64,000 nt of DNA from Eledone cirrhosa (GCA_964016885.1 OZ024752.1:48360001-48424000); one strand, 5' to 3'. Positions 32,063 to 46,362 are shown, counted from the stretch's first letter. Notes: generated by a model not told the origin, from the letters alone. Program-made: numbers and translations.

Positions 32063-32355
32063 TATATATATATATATATAACATACATCCTAAGTGTGGA
32101 TGTCTTCGCAATGAATACATAATCCTAATATTGTAGGGCTGATGGTGATGACAACTTTGATGACACAAATGATGATGATGGTGACAATAACCATAACTTG
32201 TCACTATGTCATTACTCCATGTATATTCTGTCCTAGCTTGGAAGAGTGGACTAAAAACGGTGATGATGATGATGATGACGATGTTTGCATGTAAGATTTA
32301 TACATATCAATATATGCATGTATGCATGCATATATACATATATATATATATATAC

Positions 32356-32518
32356 AATGAAGGAAATGTGGTACTCAATACTTAGGGTAGTAGAGTGGGT
32401 AATAGGAACAAGTAAGACCCCCGACGGCAGAGCTCAAGCCGTTTCGACGGCTAATTCTGGACTGAATTAGCCGTCGAAACGGCTTGAGTTCTGCCGTCGG
32501 GGTCATACTTGTTCCTAT
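32356..32518. mobile_element. Family E fold-back cassette with two half-hammerheads
   Basis: gtttcgacggctaattc tggact gaattagccgtcgaaac inverted junction; matches 13145-13358. Confidence 0.82.
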
Positions 32519-32762
32519 ATATATATACATATATATATATATCATCATCATCATCATTTAACGTCCATCTTCCACGCAAACATGGGTTGGACGGTTTTGT
32601 CCCACTTGGGGCGAGATTGGTCGGGAGACCGTGCCTCGCTCGTACATAAAACATATAACCCTTCAGTCTTATCCTGAAGGGTTATATCCATAGTAGTAGA
32701 GCACTTAGTCCATGGGACGAGTTTGGTAGAAGTAGTTTCACAACAGTTAGCTCACCATTACT

Positions 32763-32799
32763 GAGAACAATTGTTTCACCTTATTCGGATCATCAGCTC
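32763..32799 (-). ncRNA. Minimal type I hammerhead ribozyme
   Basis: gag CTGATGA tcc gaataa ggt GAAA caattg TT ctc; palindromic stem III, GUU site. Confidence 0.75.
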
Positions 32800-33759
32800 G
32801 ATTTAAACCGATTTAAATGCTAAAGAGTTAAATTGTTTATTCTTATATCAAAACCTTTCATCATAATTTTATGTTGTAGATACCAACTTACTAATGAAAT
32901 AGGCACTGAGTTGGCAAGCCGCAGGTGTGAGCTTCGCAAGATGGAATGGCTCTTACAGTGCTTCTCCCTTACCATCCTCCAGGGAGACGCCTTCTCCATT
33001 CTAAGAGTCCAGGGAGACACCTTCTCCATTCTGAGAGTTCAGCTCTTCTGTGTTCGGACCTGGTGTACATGAGAGAGATGGGGAGGGCGAGAGAGAGAGA
33101 TGGAGGCGATAACAGTGGGAGTTTGGCTCTTCTGTGTTCGGACAAATTTATCAATTCTAAGTTGCTGTTGATACTTAAATAAAGCAGTTATTTCATTAAT
33201 TTTCATCCAAATATTTTGTTATTTACAAAATTAATTGAAACACACTGGTAGTCTATTTAATTAGAAAGACATTATGGAAAGAGTCAAGAATCTACTAGAA
33301 TTGAAATGCCAAGTGGGTATTATAGAGGAATTAATAACTCCCTCTCTCTCTCTCTCTCTCTCTCTTACTCTCTCTCATCTGCTCTTATCTCTTTATAGCT
33401 CCCATGTATCACATCACAACACAATTCTCTCAAACATATGTCACCACTCACCGGCACTGATAGTACAGAGAATCCAAGTGACAGCTTCATATTGCCTCCA
33501 CACCATGGGGTCTTTTAATTCCTCCCCACACTCCTGCCATGTGACCATAATCAACGTACAATTATCACATCGCTCCACTGTTCACTTAACACCTCTGAAA
33601 AAGAGCATTTTACCTGAAATATATCAGGATCAATTAGTTATTTCTAAAGCAATATTTCTATATCTTTATTATTATTATTATTTTTGATAGTCCATGATTG
33701 ACTTGAATAAACACAGACACACACACACAAACACATATATATACACATATATACATAGG

Positions 33760-33821
<62 letters not shown>

Positions 33822-34011
33822 CATACATATATACGCACGCACACATACACATATATATATATATATATACATATACATACATATATACGCACACACACAT
33901 ACACACATATATATATATATATATATACATATGGGTTTGTGATTATTATCCATATGATGGTGTATATGTGTGTATATTTCTGCATATGTATTACCTATTT
34001 AAATATCATGA

Positions 34012-34063
<52 letters not shown>

Positions 34064-34315
34064 ATATATAAGTGTATATATCTTCATAAACATCTGTATG
34101 TTTCTCAGCTGTCACTCCTACCATCACCCCTCTCAGCATATGCACCTATTAGCTCCAAGAAATGAAAGAGAGGTCATCTAGGTGTCAACTGCGATAGCAA
34201 TCGGCAGGAGTCAGCTTGTCCAAGTGTCCGAATGTCCGTCCCGCCAAAACTTCTTCTTCTTCCCCAATGACAATTAGTTAATGACAGCATACTGATTAGT
34301 CTTTACAAGTTGCAC

Positions 34316-34899
34316 ACAACACACCACACCCCACTACAGTACACACCACACCACACCACAGTACACGACACCACACCACATCACACCACACTACACCACA
34401 CCACACCACACCACACCACACCACACCACACCACACCACACCACACCACACCACAGTACACCACACCACAGTACACCACACTACACCACACCACAGTACA
34501 CACCACACCACAGTACACCACACTACACCACACCACAGTACACCACACCACACCACAGTACAGTACACCACACCACACCACACCACACCACAGTACACAC
34601 CACACCACACCACACCACACCACAGTACACCACACCACACCACACCACACCACACCACACCACACCACAGTACACACCACACCACACCACACCACAGTAC
34701 ACCACACCACACCACACCGCACCACACCACACCACACCACACCACACCACAGTACACCACACCACACCACACCACACCACACCACACCACAGTACACCAC
34801 ACCACACCACACCACACCACACCACACCACACCACACCACACCACAGTACACCACACCACACCACACCACAGTACACCACACCACACCACACCACACCA
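34316..34899. repeat. (CACAC)n pentamer repeat with CAGTA variants
   Basis: Directly visible. Confidence 0.95.
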
Positions 34900-35069
34900 A
34901 AACAGCCTGACTGCCTGTCTGCCTGCCCCCAGCTTCTCCCTTCATCCTCACCATTACTGTAATATGCCCCACCACCGTGCCCACCCTCTCCATCTTCCTC
35001 CACCCCACTGGTCCCTATTATCCTCATCATCACTATAGCTGTTATCTCTTTGATATCTATAGCAGTTAT

Positions 35070-36200
35070 TGCATGTATGTGTTAGTGTGTGTATGTGTTC
35101 ATCTATGCATGTGTATGTGTTAGTGTGTGTATGTGTTAGTCTGTGTATGTGTTAGTGTGTGTATGTGTGCGCCATTGCATGTGTATGTGTTAGTGTGTGT
35201 ATGTGTTAGTCTGTGTATGTGTTAGTGTGTGTATGTGTGCGCCATTGCATGTGTATGTGTTAGTGTGTGTTTGTGTTCATCTATGCATGTGTATGTGTGC
35301 TCCATTGTATGTGTATGTGTTAGTGTGTGTATGTGTGCGCCATTGTATGTGTATGTGTTAGTGTGTGTATGTGTTCATCTATGTATGTGTATGTGTGCGC
35401 CATTGCATGTGTATGTGTTAGTGTGTGTATGTGTGCGCCATTGCATGTGTATGTGTTAGTCTGTATATGTGTTCATCTATGTATGTGTATGTGTGCGCCC
35501 TTGCATGTGTATGTGTTAGTGTGTGTGTCTGTGTTGGTCTATATGTGTGAAGGTGGTTGTGTGAGGGGGGGGGTCCCCACGTATGTGTAATAATGTTTTT
35601 TTTATGTGTGTTTATGCATGTGTGTGTGTGTGTGTGTTGTAGGATGTTGGGAGAGGTTTGTTGTAATTGAGAGGGATGGGTAGAGTGGCCTTATCTAACC
35701 CTTCCACCTCTACCATCTCCAACACTGCCTCATTACCACCACCACCACCACCACCACTTCCATCAGCACCACCGCCACCACCACCACTTCCACCAGCACC
35801 ACCGCCACCACTTCCACCAGCACCACTACCACCACCACCACTACCACCACCACTTCCATCAGCACCACCGCCACCACCACCACTTCCACCAGCACCACCG
35901 CCACCACCACCACCACCACTTCCACCAGCACCACCGCCACCACCACCACCACTTCCACCAGCACCACCACCACCATTATTGTCACCACTTTCAACATCAT
36001 CATATCCACCACAAAAAAACTGCCACCATCGCTAACATCTTCATAATATCCTAACCACTAAGACATTCACTTTCACCACCACAAACCACTGCCAGTACAA
36101 CTACCACTACCACACCACCACCACCACCATCCCAACACCACCACCACCACCACCACCACCATCCCAACACCACCACCACCGCCGCAGCCATCACCACCAC
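35070..36200. repeat. GT-rich minisatellite followed by (CCA)n repeats
   Basis: Directly visible. Confidence 0.9.
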
Positions 36201-36329
36201 AACTCTAGAGAACTACCAGATTTAACATTGTGCTTAAGCATAGGGTTCCATTGGCCAGGAAGGAGGTCCATCTTTCTTCCCCACAACATTTTTTCCCTCC
36301 TTCAGGGCCCAAGTAAGAGGCCTCATAAC

Positions 36330-36560
36330 TTAACCATTTAGCATTTACATTTCCCTATAACTACTATTGTATTTTTTACACTAAACACTTTATTTTACAT
36401 AATTATCTCACATAATATCAAAATCTATAAGATTTTGATATTATTTATTTTGAGAACAATACCTTGACATAAGTATGAGTGGCTGGTTACAGCCGGTTTG
36501 AACAGAAAGAGGTGAGAGAATTCTGGTTGGATATGGCTGGTTTAAATGCTAAAGGATTAA
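36330..36560. mobile_element. TTAA-flanked MITE (piggyBac-like)
   Basis: TTAA-ccatttagcattta ... taaatgctaaagga-TTAA; internal hairpin aatatcaaaatc/gattttgatatt. Confidence 0.7.
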
Positions 36561-37045
36561 CTAACACAGGGCCTCATTTATCCTAAATCCAGTACTGAAG
36601 GTATGTTGCCCAAAATTCTAACAATTCTGCTAATCAACTGCCCAGAACTGGTACTTTATTTTATACAATCAGAGGAGAATAGAGGCAAAGTTGTCCTTCA
36701 TAGTATTTGAACTCAAAATAGCGAGAATCAGACATAAATATAGCAATATATTATGTTCGACGCTTCAATTGCCACCTATGTTAATCTGAAAACATGCATC
36801 TGTTGTTCTGTTGTCATATGTACAGTGGGAAGGAAGATTTATAATTGTAGTTGATTTTTTGAAGTTTCACAGAAAGCCAGAACAACTACCACAAGTGATT
36901 TTGTCTGATGGTCTAATGAGTCTAAATCAACAGAGGCAATGAATTGGTAAAGACATGCATCTGTTGTTTTGTTGTCACATGTATATTGGGAAGGAAGGTT
37001 TGTTATATTTATAGTTGTTTTTTTTTTTTAAAAGTTTGTTCTACG

Positions 37046-37076
<31 letters not shown>

Positions 37077-37656
37077 GAGAACAAAACTAACCACATGAAC
37101 GTGTACGAGATGAAATAATAGAGTTAGTTTATTAGGCCATGAGGAAAGTGCATAATCAAATCTTTCCATCTCCTAAGAACATCCCTGTAACACTATATTC
37201 TAATTAAATCATAACATTAGTGGGCAAATTTAATTGGCAGAATATTTGCAAATTTCATGATTAAAATTCTAATGTTATCATATTTTGTTGTTATTGTTTT
37301 TCTTTGTTGTGTTTTTTTTTTTTGTTTTTTTTTTTTTAATCTGTACTTTAAAAAAAAATTATAATTTTTTAAAAGTTAAATTCATTTTAATTTTTTTAAT
37401 TTTTTTTTTTTAATTTTTTTTTTTAATAAATTGACACATTACCTGTGTAAATGTGATTGGCAAGAAAAGAATAGATTTGTTTGAAAAATAGAAATAATTA
37501 AGAGAGATGAAGGTCAGGTATTGGTGGTGATTTGTGTAGGTGTGGTGTTAGTTTGGGGGAGAGGGAGGGGGGGGGGGGGTTATATAGTAAACTATCTCTA
37601 CATAAATTGATGGCAAATAAAGACAGATATATATAGACATAAGACATGCGTGTGTG

Positions 37657-37691
<35 letters not shown>

Positions 37692-37824
37692 CCATTTTAC
37701 ATCCACTTTTCCTAGCTTGCATGGGTTGGACAGGTCCTTTCAGCACAGCATCTCACCATTCTTTCGTCATCTCCTCCGTGAGCTTCAGCGATCTGAGGTC
37801 TGCTCTCACCACCTCCGCCCATGT
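37657..37824 (-). mobile_element. RTE LINE 3' end
   Basis: Matches 31912-32062 in reverse orientation. Confidence 0.88.
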
Positions 37825-38057
37825 ATATATATATATATAAGTAAATATCTTTAAGTCGTTTGGAAGCCTCGACAATGCAAATGGGTAAGTCTCCGGGTAA
37901 CAAGGTCCGGTGGTGGAGAGAGAGATGTAAGTGGGTGTACGTTGAGATGCGTGGCGTGTATAAGATGTGTGAGATGTGTAGAATGAAGGGAAGAGTATAA
38001 AGGATAAAATAAAAATAACAACACAAGAGAGAGTTACCTTGGGAGAGATTTAATAGT

Positions 38058-38093
38058 CCCTATATATTTCGGATTCACATCCATCAACTGGGG
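38058..38093 (-). ncRNA. Decayed minimal hammerhead
   Basis: ccc CAGTTGA t ggat gtga atcc GAAA tata TA ggg; all three stems intact, core mutated at two positions. Confidence 0.5.
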
Positions 38094-38145
38094 TTTTTTC
38101 CGGGGTGGGGGAAAAGGTTGTCTGTCGGACGCATCTCTCCATTAG

Positions 38146-38276
38146 TCACGCTTCTTTCTCATCTCCTCTGTGAGATTCAGTGATCTGGGGTCTGCGCTCA
38201 CCACCTCTGCCCATGTTTTTTGTGGTCTTCCTCTACTGTGTTTCCTTCCACCGGGATTTCTTGGCACTTCTTCACC
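38146..38276 (-). mobile_element. RTE LINE C-terminal fragment
   Basis: RGRPQKTWAEVVSADPRSLNLTEEM. Confidence 0.85.
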
Positions 38277-39224
38277 AGATGTGTATGGGTGTGTGTGTGT
38301 GTACATATGTGTGTGTGTGCATATGTGCATATGTGTGTGTGTGTGTGCATGCTTGTGTGTGTGTAGGTTTGTTTGTCTGTACAAAGCTGTGAAGTTATGA
38401 GCAGTGGACTGTAACTGAGCTGGATGCTCTACAGAGTAGTGTTGTGACTGAGTGTGTGAGTGTGAACTGACCAATGCAGTAAGGTATATAAACATGCATG
38501 GGAAATGTTGTGCATACCCAGTACATTTGTTGTTGTAAAGTTGTTGGTGATAGGAAGGGCATCCAGCCTTAGTAAAGTTGCCAAAGAAAGGGTTGGTAGG
38601 ACCCTCCAGTTATGTCAAAGACATGACAACCTCTCTAGTGTTGGTGCCATGATAGAATTCACTTGGTTGAACACAGCGCCAGATAACAACAGCAACAACA
38701 ACAACAACAACAATACCAACACCACCACCACAACCACCACCATCACAAACAACAACAACAATACCAACACCAACATCACCACCACCACAACCACCACCAA
38801 CATCATCACCAACAACAACAATACCATCACCAACATCATCACCACCACAACCACCACCATCACCAACATCATCACCAACAACAACAATACCAACACCAAC
38901 ACCACCACCACAACCACCACATCACCAACACCACCACCATCACCAACAACAACAATGACAACAATGACAACAACAAAATCAACAACAACAACACCAACAT
39001 CAACATCACAACCACCAACAACAACATCAACATCACAACCACCAACAACAACAACGTCAACATCACAACCACCAACAACAACCACAACAACGCCAACAAA
39101 ATCTTCCTGTAGCTAGAACCAGAAGAAGACATGTTTTTTTTAGAAGAATTAACTGTCTTTGGCATCTGATGGTCTGGGTTAACTAGTGGGAGATTATCAC
39201 TTGGTTGGGAATGTTAGAACTACA

Positions 39225-40180
39225 GCAGTGACAACAACAACAACAGTGACAATAACAGCAACAACAACAGTGATAACAACAACAACAGTGACAATAACAA
39301 CAACAACAGTGACAACAACAACAACAACAACAACAGTGACAATACCAAGAACTACAGCAGTGACAACAACAGTGACAATAACACCAGCAACAACAGTGAC
39401 AATAACAGCAACAACAGTGACAATAACACCAGCAACAACAGTGACAATAACAGCAACAACAATGACAATAACAGCAACAAAAGTGACAATAACAGCAACA
39501 ACAGTGACAATAACAGCAACAAAAGTGACAATAACAGCAACAACAGTGACAATAACAGCAACAAAAGTGACAATAACAGCAACAAAAGTGACAATAACAG
39601 CAACAAAAGTGACAATAACAGCAACAAAAGTGACAATAACAGCAACAAAAGTGACAATAACAGCAACAACAGTGACAATAACAGCAACAAAAGTGACAAT
39701 AACAGCAACAACAGTGACAATAACAGCAACAAAAGTGACAATAACAGCAACAAAAGTGACAATAACAGCAACAAAAGTGACAATAACAGCAACAACAGTG
39801 ACAATAACAGCAACAAAAGTGACAATAACAGCAACAACAGTGACAATAACAGCAACAACAGTGACAATAACAGCAACAAAAGTGACAATAACAGCAACAA
39901 CAGTGACAATAACAGCAACAAAAGTGACAATAACAGCAACAAAAGTGACAATAACAGCAACAAAAGTGACAATAACAGCAACAAAAGTGACAATAACAGC
40001 AACAACAGTGACAATAACAGCAACAAAAGTGACAATAACAGCAACAAAAGTGACAATAACAGCAACAACAGTGACAATAACAGCAACAAAAGTGACAATA
40101 ACAGCAACAAAAGTGACAATAACAGCAACAACAGTGACAATAACAGCAACAAAAGTGACAATAACAGCAACAACAACAAC
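39225..40180. repeat. 21-bp minisatellite gtgacaataacagcaacaa(a/c)a, ~40 copies
   Basis: Directly visible; produces the VTITAT(K/T) ORF. Confidence 0.95.
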
Positions 40181-40284
40181 TATGAAACTAGGCGACAAAA
40201 TTGGGAATGTCGAAAGAATGGGAACAGACGTAATAACGAAAATTTATCAAAAATTACTGTTTTCTTTATAAGGGACTGAATAAT

Positions 40285-41210
40285 GTGTGGTGGTGGTGGT
40301 GGTGGTAGTGGTGGTGATGGTGGTGGTAGTGGTGATGGTGGTGGTGGTAGTGGTGATGGTGGTGGTGGTGGTGGTGGTGGTGGTGGTAGTGGTGGTAGTG
40401 GTGGTGGTAGTGGTGGTGGTGGTGGTGGTGGTGGTGGTGGTAGTGGTGGTGGTGGTGGTGGTGGTGATGGTGGTAGTGGTGGTGATGGTAGTGGTGGTGG
40501 TGGTAGTGGTGGTGGTGGTGGTAGTGGCGGTGGTGGTGGTGGTGGTGGTGGTGGTGGTCGTGATGGTGGTGGTGGTGGTCGTGATGGTAGTGGCGGTGGT
40601 GGAGTTTATGGTGGGGATGGTGGTGGTGGTGGTATGTCAGCGGTGGTGGTGTCAGTGGTGGTGGTGCCTGAGGTGGTAGTGGTGGTGTGTCAGTGGTGGT
40701 GGTGGTGTCAGTGATGGTGATATTAGTGGCAGAATTTGAGGTGGTGGAGGTGGTGGCAGTGATGGTGGTAGTATTAGTGTCAGAGTTTATGGTGGTGGTG
40801 GTGGTGGTAGTGTCAGTGGTGGTGGGCATGGTAGGGTGTAGTTAATCTGTTAAAGGGATTAACACAGAATAATTACAATTGCTGGTCTTTCTTATCTTCT
40901 TCAATAAGGAAGTCAGTTTGCTAGAAATGATGTATGTATGTATGTATGTATGTATGTATGTGTGTATGTGTGTGTCTATGTGTGTATGTATGTATGTATA
41001 TATGTATGTATGTATGTGTGTGTGTGTCTATGTATGTATGTATGTATGTATGTGTGTGTGTGTCTATGTGTGTGTGTATGTATGTATGTATGTATGTATG
41101 TATGTGTGTGTCTATGTGTGTATGTATGTATGTATATATGTATGTATGTATGTGTGTGTGTATCTATGTGTGTATGTATGTATGTATGTATGTATGTATG
41201 TATGTATGTA

Positions 41211-41241
<31 letters not shown>

Positions 41242-41678
41242 ATGTATGTATGTATGTATGTATGTATGTATGTGTGTGTGTGTCTATGTGTGTATGTATG
41301 TATGTATGTATGTGTGTCTATGTGTGTATGTATGTATGTATGTATGTATGTATGTATGTGTGTGTGTGTGTGTCTATGTGTGTATGAATGTATGTATGTA
41401 TGTGTGTGTGTGTCTATGTGTGTATGTATGTATGTATGTATGTATGTATGTATGTGTGTGTGTGTGTGTATGTATGTATGTGTGTATGTATGTATGTATG
41501 TATGTATGTGTGTGTGTGTCTATGTGTGTATGTATGTATGTATGTATGTATGTATGTATGTATGTGTGTGTGTGTGTATGTATGTATGTGTGTATGGATG
41601 TGTGTATGTATGCATGTATGTATGTGTGTATGTATGTGTGTATGTATGCATGTATGTATATATGTATGTATGTATGTA

Positions 41679-41709
<31 letters not shown>

Positions 41710-41750
41710 ATGTAAAAAAATGTATGTATGTATGTATGTATGTATATATT
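40285..41750. repeat. (GGT)n then (GTAT)n microsatellites
   Basis: Directly visible. Confidence 0.95.
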
Positions 41751-41822
41751 TATGTAAAAAAGCCACATTCGATCGCAGCGCTGTTAGTTGCTATCGTGTG
41801 TGTGTGTGTATAGATATGTTTA

Positions 41823-41871
<49 letters not shown>

Positions 41872-42111
41872 TATTATTGTTGTTGTTATTATTGTTGTTG
41901 TTATTATTATTGTTGTTATTATGGAAAAATTGAGAGAGGGCGCTTGCCCTGGTGGTCAGGGTGGTCGTGGTCTTTTGTGTGGTTTTCGCCACGAGTAACA
42001 CTGAGAGGTTTCCACCCTATTGGGGAATTTTTCATTGTTTCAATTTTCATTTTTATTGTTTATATATATATATATGTTTCTATGTCTTTTTTTTCTTTTC
42101 TTATATAAATA

Positions 42112-42220
42112 ATCGTTTCTACTTTAGGCACAAGGCCAGCAATTACCCAGTGCATTACTGGTACTTTATTTTATCGACCCCCCTAAGGATGAAAGGCAAA
42201 GTCAACCTCGGAGGGATTTA
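42112..42220 (-). mobile_element. Nin/Deu-core SINE, 5'-truncated
   Basis: Core and tail match 17200-17328. Confidence 0.85.
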
Positions 42221-42337
42221 TATAAATAATAAAAATATTTACACGCACAAAACCCACATCGTACCGTCCTGTGCCCTCTGTAATGTTTTTCTTGATGTCA
42301 GCCCTTGTGGCCAATAAAGAAATCATTATTATTGTTA

Positions 42338-42375
<38 letters not shown>

Positions 42376-42378
<3 letters not shown>

Positions 42379-42757
42379 GATATTAACAAATGGAAACTAT
42401 ATTTATAAAACCATATTTATTTCATTATACATATTTCAAGGACACCAAGTTAAATTATGGTGTGCTTTCATCAGATAAAATATAATCCGGGAGCTTCCAA
42501 CAGTAATGGTTGCATTCTTTAAGGGTATGTCAATATTTATTTATAAAACTGCTCTATATTATATTTTATCTGAAGAAAGCACACCATAATTTAACTTGGT
42601 GTTCTTGAAATATGTATAATGAAATAAATATGGTTTTATAAATATAGTTTCCATTTGTTAATATCGTATTTTTACTCCAATTATTTGTTGAGTGCTTTAT
42701 ATCAGTTATAAAAATATTTGCTTGTTGTATCCCAACAATTTAAATAGAAAATTTACA
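42376..42757. mobile_element. Family A fold-back cassette with two complete divergent hammerheads (42418-42482 -, 42562-42626 +)
   Basis: tattttat CTGAAGA aagcacacca taatttaact tggtgttctt GAAA tatgta TA atgaaata, and its inverted copy with CTGATGA. Confidence 0.88.
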
Positions 42758-43118
42758 TATATATATATATATATATTTTTTTTCTTTTTTTTTTCGTGCA
42801 ATGGCCATACTCGATAACGAGAGGGCAGCCATCATTCATGTATGTATGTATGTGTGTGAGTGTATGTATATATGTATGTATGTATGTGTGTATGTATATA
42901 TGTATATTTGTATGTGTGTGAGTGTATGTATTTATGTATGTATGTATGTATGTATGTGTGTGAGTGTATGTATATATGTGTGTATGTATGTATGTGTGTA
43001 TGTATGTATGTGTGTGAGTGTATGTATTTATGTATGTATGTTTCTCTTTCTCTTAATTTCGAGTACATTTTTAACTGGCCAACTTCCTGGTGGCAAGGTT
43101 GTAAAAGAAAAGAAATTG

Positions 43119-43440
43119 TCATCCCTTGAATCGCAAGAATGTTTTGCAAATTTTGAAGGTGCCAGCTATCGCAGCCATTTGTAGACTATGAATTAGGGAG
43201 CTGCGCTCTTTGACCACAAAAATTCAGGTTCAGTTATACTATGGTCTAAGCGGGTTGGTATATAACCTGAAGCTCAAATAATGATGGGTATGAAGCTGAA
43301 GGTGTATCTTGGATACTGGATCTGCAAACTCCTCATCAATGGTCAGTAGATGTCCCCCTTTTCTTGTAGTGTTCTTACAACTTTTAAATCAAGTGGGCAG
43401 CTGATCTCTACAACAGAGCACGTTTTCAATGTGTGGTCCA
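43119..43440 (-). pseudogene. Restriction-like endonuclease domain of an R4/Dong/NeSL-type non-LTR retrotransposon, decayed
   Basis: DHTLKTCSVVEISCPLD...QEKGDIY*PLMRSLQIQYPRYTFSFIPIII*ASGYIP, then LQMAAIAGTFKICKTFLRFKG*; fits the E..CP.D/EK..Y/IPIIIG..G pattern. Confidence 0.75.
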
Positions 43441-43444
43441 AAAC

Positions 43445-43575
43445 ATATATAAGAAAGAGGGTGTGGTAAGATACCAGGTGGGCCAAAATGCACCAGAGTA
43501 CTCAATACCTAGGGTAGTTGATCTAGCTGATGAGATGGCAGGAGCTCAGCCGTAGGGGTCCTGACTCTTTTCCTA
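43445..43575. mobile_element. Family E cassette that retains CTGATGA but has an internal deletion
   Basis: Antisense distal part 43445-43518, then CTGATGA gatggc aggagctcagccg TA ggggtc. Confidence 0.7.
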
Positions 43576-43860
<285 letters not shown>

Positions 43861-43912
43861 AGTATAAGAAGAAACTAAACAAAGCCCTGTGAGTGAGATG
43901 GATAATATATCT

Positions 43913-44076
43913 TCATCATCATCATCATCATCACCGTTTTACGTCCGTTCTTCCACGCTAGCATGGGTTAGACAGGTTGTCCTGTTGTGGGCAGTGTCCG
44001 GTCGGCTGACAATGCCTTGCTCATAGAGGAACTGATTGTGGCTTGATTTCTACAGCTGGATGCCCTTCCTAACACC
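43913..44076 (-). mobile_element. GGAAGGGCATCC-type SINE-like/RTE-tail copy
   Basis: ctacagctggatgcccttcctaacacc plus RTE tail. Confidence 0.8.
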
Positions 44077-44111
44077 ATATATATATATATATATATAGTA
44101 ATATATACAAG

Positions 44112-44195
<84 letters not shown>

Positions 44196-44409
44196 TATAA
44201 ACTAATTAATCAGGCCATACCAAGTTCTCTGTGTAAAAATCCCATTCTAAATTTGACCCCCACCTCATAACCATAAAAAGAAAATGATGTAAAATAAACA
44301 TACAAACACATGCTTGCACACACATATATATATACACATATATATATATACACACAGACATATATACACACATATACACAGACATATATATATATACACA
44401 TACACAGAC

Positions 44410-44476
<67 letters not shown>

Positions 44477-45755
44477 GACATATATGCATATATACACACA
44501 TATATACACACACACACACATAAACTAAGACACTCTCACAGGTATATGCACACACACACATATACATACATACATATAGACATATATATACACACATAAA
44601 CTCATACTCTCATAGGCATACACACACATATACATAGATACATACATACACACACATATACATACATACATATAGACATACATACACACATACATGCATA
44701 CATAAACACACATACATACATACATAAACCCGGACACTCTCACAAGCATACATACACTCACACACCCCTACATACATACACACACCACAACATACTCACA
44801 CACCACTACATACACACACCACTACATAGTGTCTCCACTACATACACACATACACCATAACATACTCACACATCACTACACACACACACACCTACATACA
44901 CACACACCCCTACACCCCCTACATATACACACACGCACCCCTACATACACATACACACCCCTACATACACCCCCTACACTCACCCCCACACCCCTACATA
45001 TACACACACACCCCTATATACACACACACACCCCTACATACACAAACACACCCCTACATACACACACACCACAACATACACACACCCCTACCTAAACACA
45101 CGCCTCTACATACACACACACACACACATATATACATACATGGAAAAAATTAAATTATTGAAACAAATACAATAAAAATAAAATCCTCCAAAAACACACC
45201 ATAAACTTATTAAAAACAATTAGACAAACATTTTACTATAAAACACCAAACAAACTACTTTTAGTCTTTCAAAAATAAATTTTTTTTTTTTGTGTTTACT
45301 ATTAATTTTATTTTATTTTATATAATTTTTTTTTCAGTTCTGCCCATTAAAAAAAATATAAAAACAAAAGATAAAATATCTATTTAAAATATATATATAT
45401 ATATAAAATTACCAATATCTATTTTTATTGTTTTATCAATTTACTTCAATTTATTTTTAAAAAAATCAATATTATTATTGTTTTATTTTTTTACCTGGTC
45501 CAGTCACACACGTGTGTGTATGTATATACACACACAGACCCACACACATACATACACGCACGTGTGAATAAACATGCATATGTGTGTACACATACATGCA
45601 CACGTGTGTATACAAACACACACACACCCACACACATATACAAACTCACACACATATGTATACACACTCACACACAGGCACACACATATATGTATACATA
45701 CACACACATATAAATGTATCAGACACACACACACCCCTATATATATATATATATA

Positions 45756-46175
45756 TACAGAAGACCCGCCTTGCCTATGTACAAAGCGAAACCTACAGTC
45801 AGTAGGCACCTCTAACAAAATACACCCCGTCCCACTACCCCCACCCCATCTACACCACCCCCTTAAATGTGAAGTTATGTTGGTACCACAACATCCAGTC
45901 CGAAACAAATGAGGTCGTGTAGGTGTCACGACAAAAAAAAATACACAGTCCACGCTGTAATGTGGCCATGTAGGTAACACGGTAAAAACCTCCCAGTCCA
46001 CACTGTAAACGTGGTTGGTGTTAGGAAGGGCACCCAGCCGTAGAAAACCCGCCAGACAGTCCTATGCGAGCAGGATAACAAATCTTGCCTCAAGTGGGAA
46101 ACCTCCCGTCCAAACCCATGCAACCATGGAAGATGGACGTTAAACGATGATGATGATGATGATGATGATGATGAT
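45756..46175 (+). mobile_element. RTE long-3'-UTR copy including the last ORF codons (QKTRLAYVQSETYSQ*)
   Basis: Colinear with 31070-30631. Confidence 0.9.
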
Positions 46176-46178
46176 ATA

Positions 46179-46362
46179 TGTCTTGCCCAAGGAAATAACG
46201 CATCTCCCGGTCCAGGAATCGAACTCACTACCTCACGATTGCGAATCTAATTCTCTAACCACTCAGCCACACGCCTTCACTTTATTTCACGTCCTTCCTC
46301 CAGCCTGGAGTTGCGACCGAGAGACAGTATTAGCAATTGGAAAGACCAATGGAAACATTGGA
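46179..46362. mobile_element. tRNA SINE with its 5' part inverted
   Basis: Head on minus strand 46179-46280, body on plus strand from 46278; intact form at 46972-47172. Confidence 0.82.

Noticed and set aside
32833-33182. Non-repetitive short ORFs (YQLTNEIGTELASRR...)
   Set aside because: No recognisable homology, contains local direct repeats, and splice signals are weak.
39186-40271. 361-aa mucin/antifreeze-like Thr-rich ORF
   Set aside because: A 21-bp DNA minisatellite with no synonymous variation, open in several frames, and no signal peptide.
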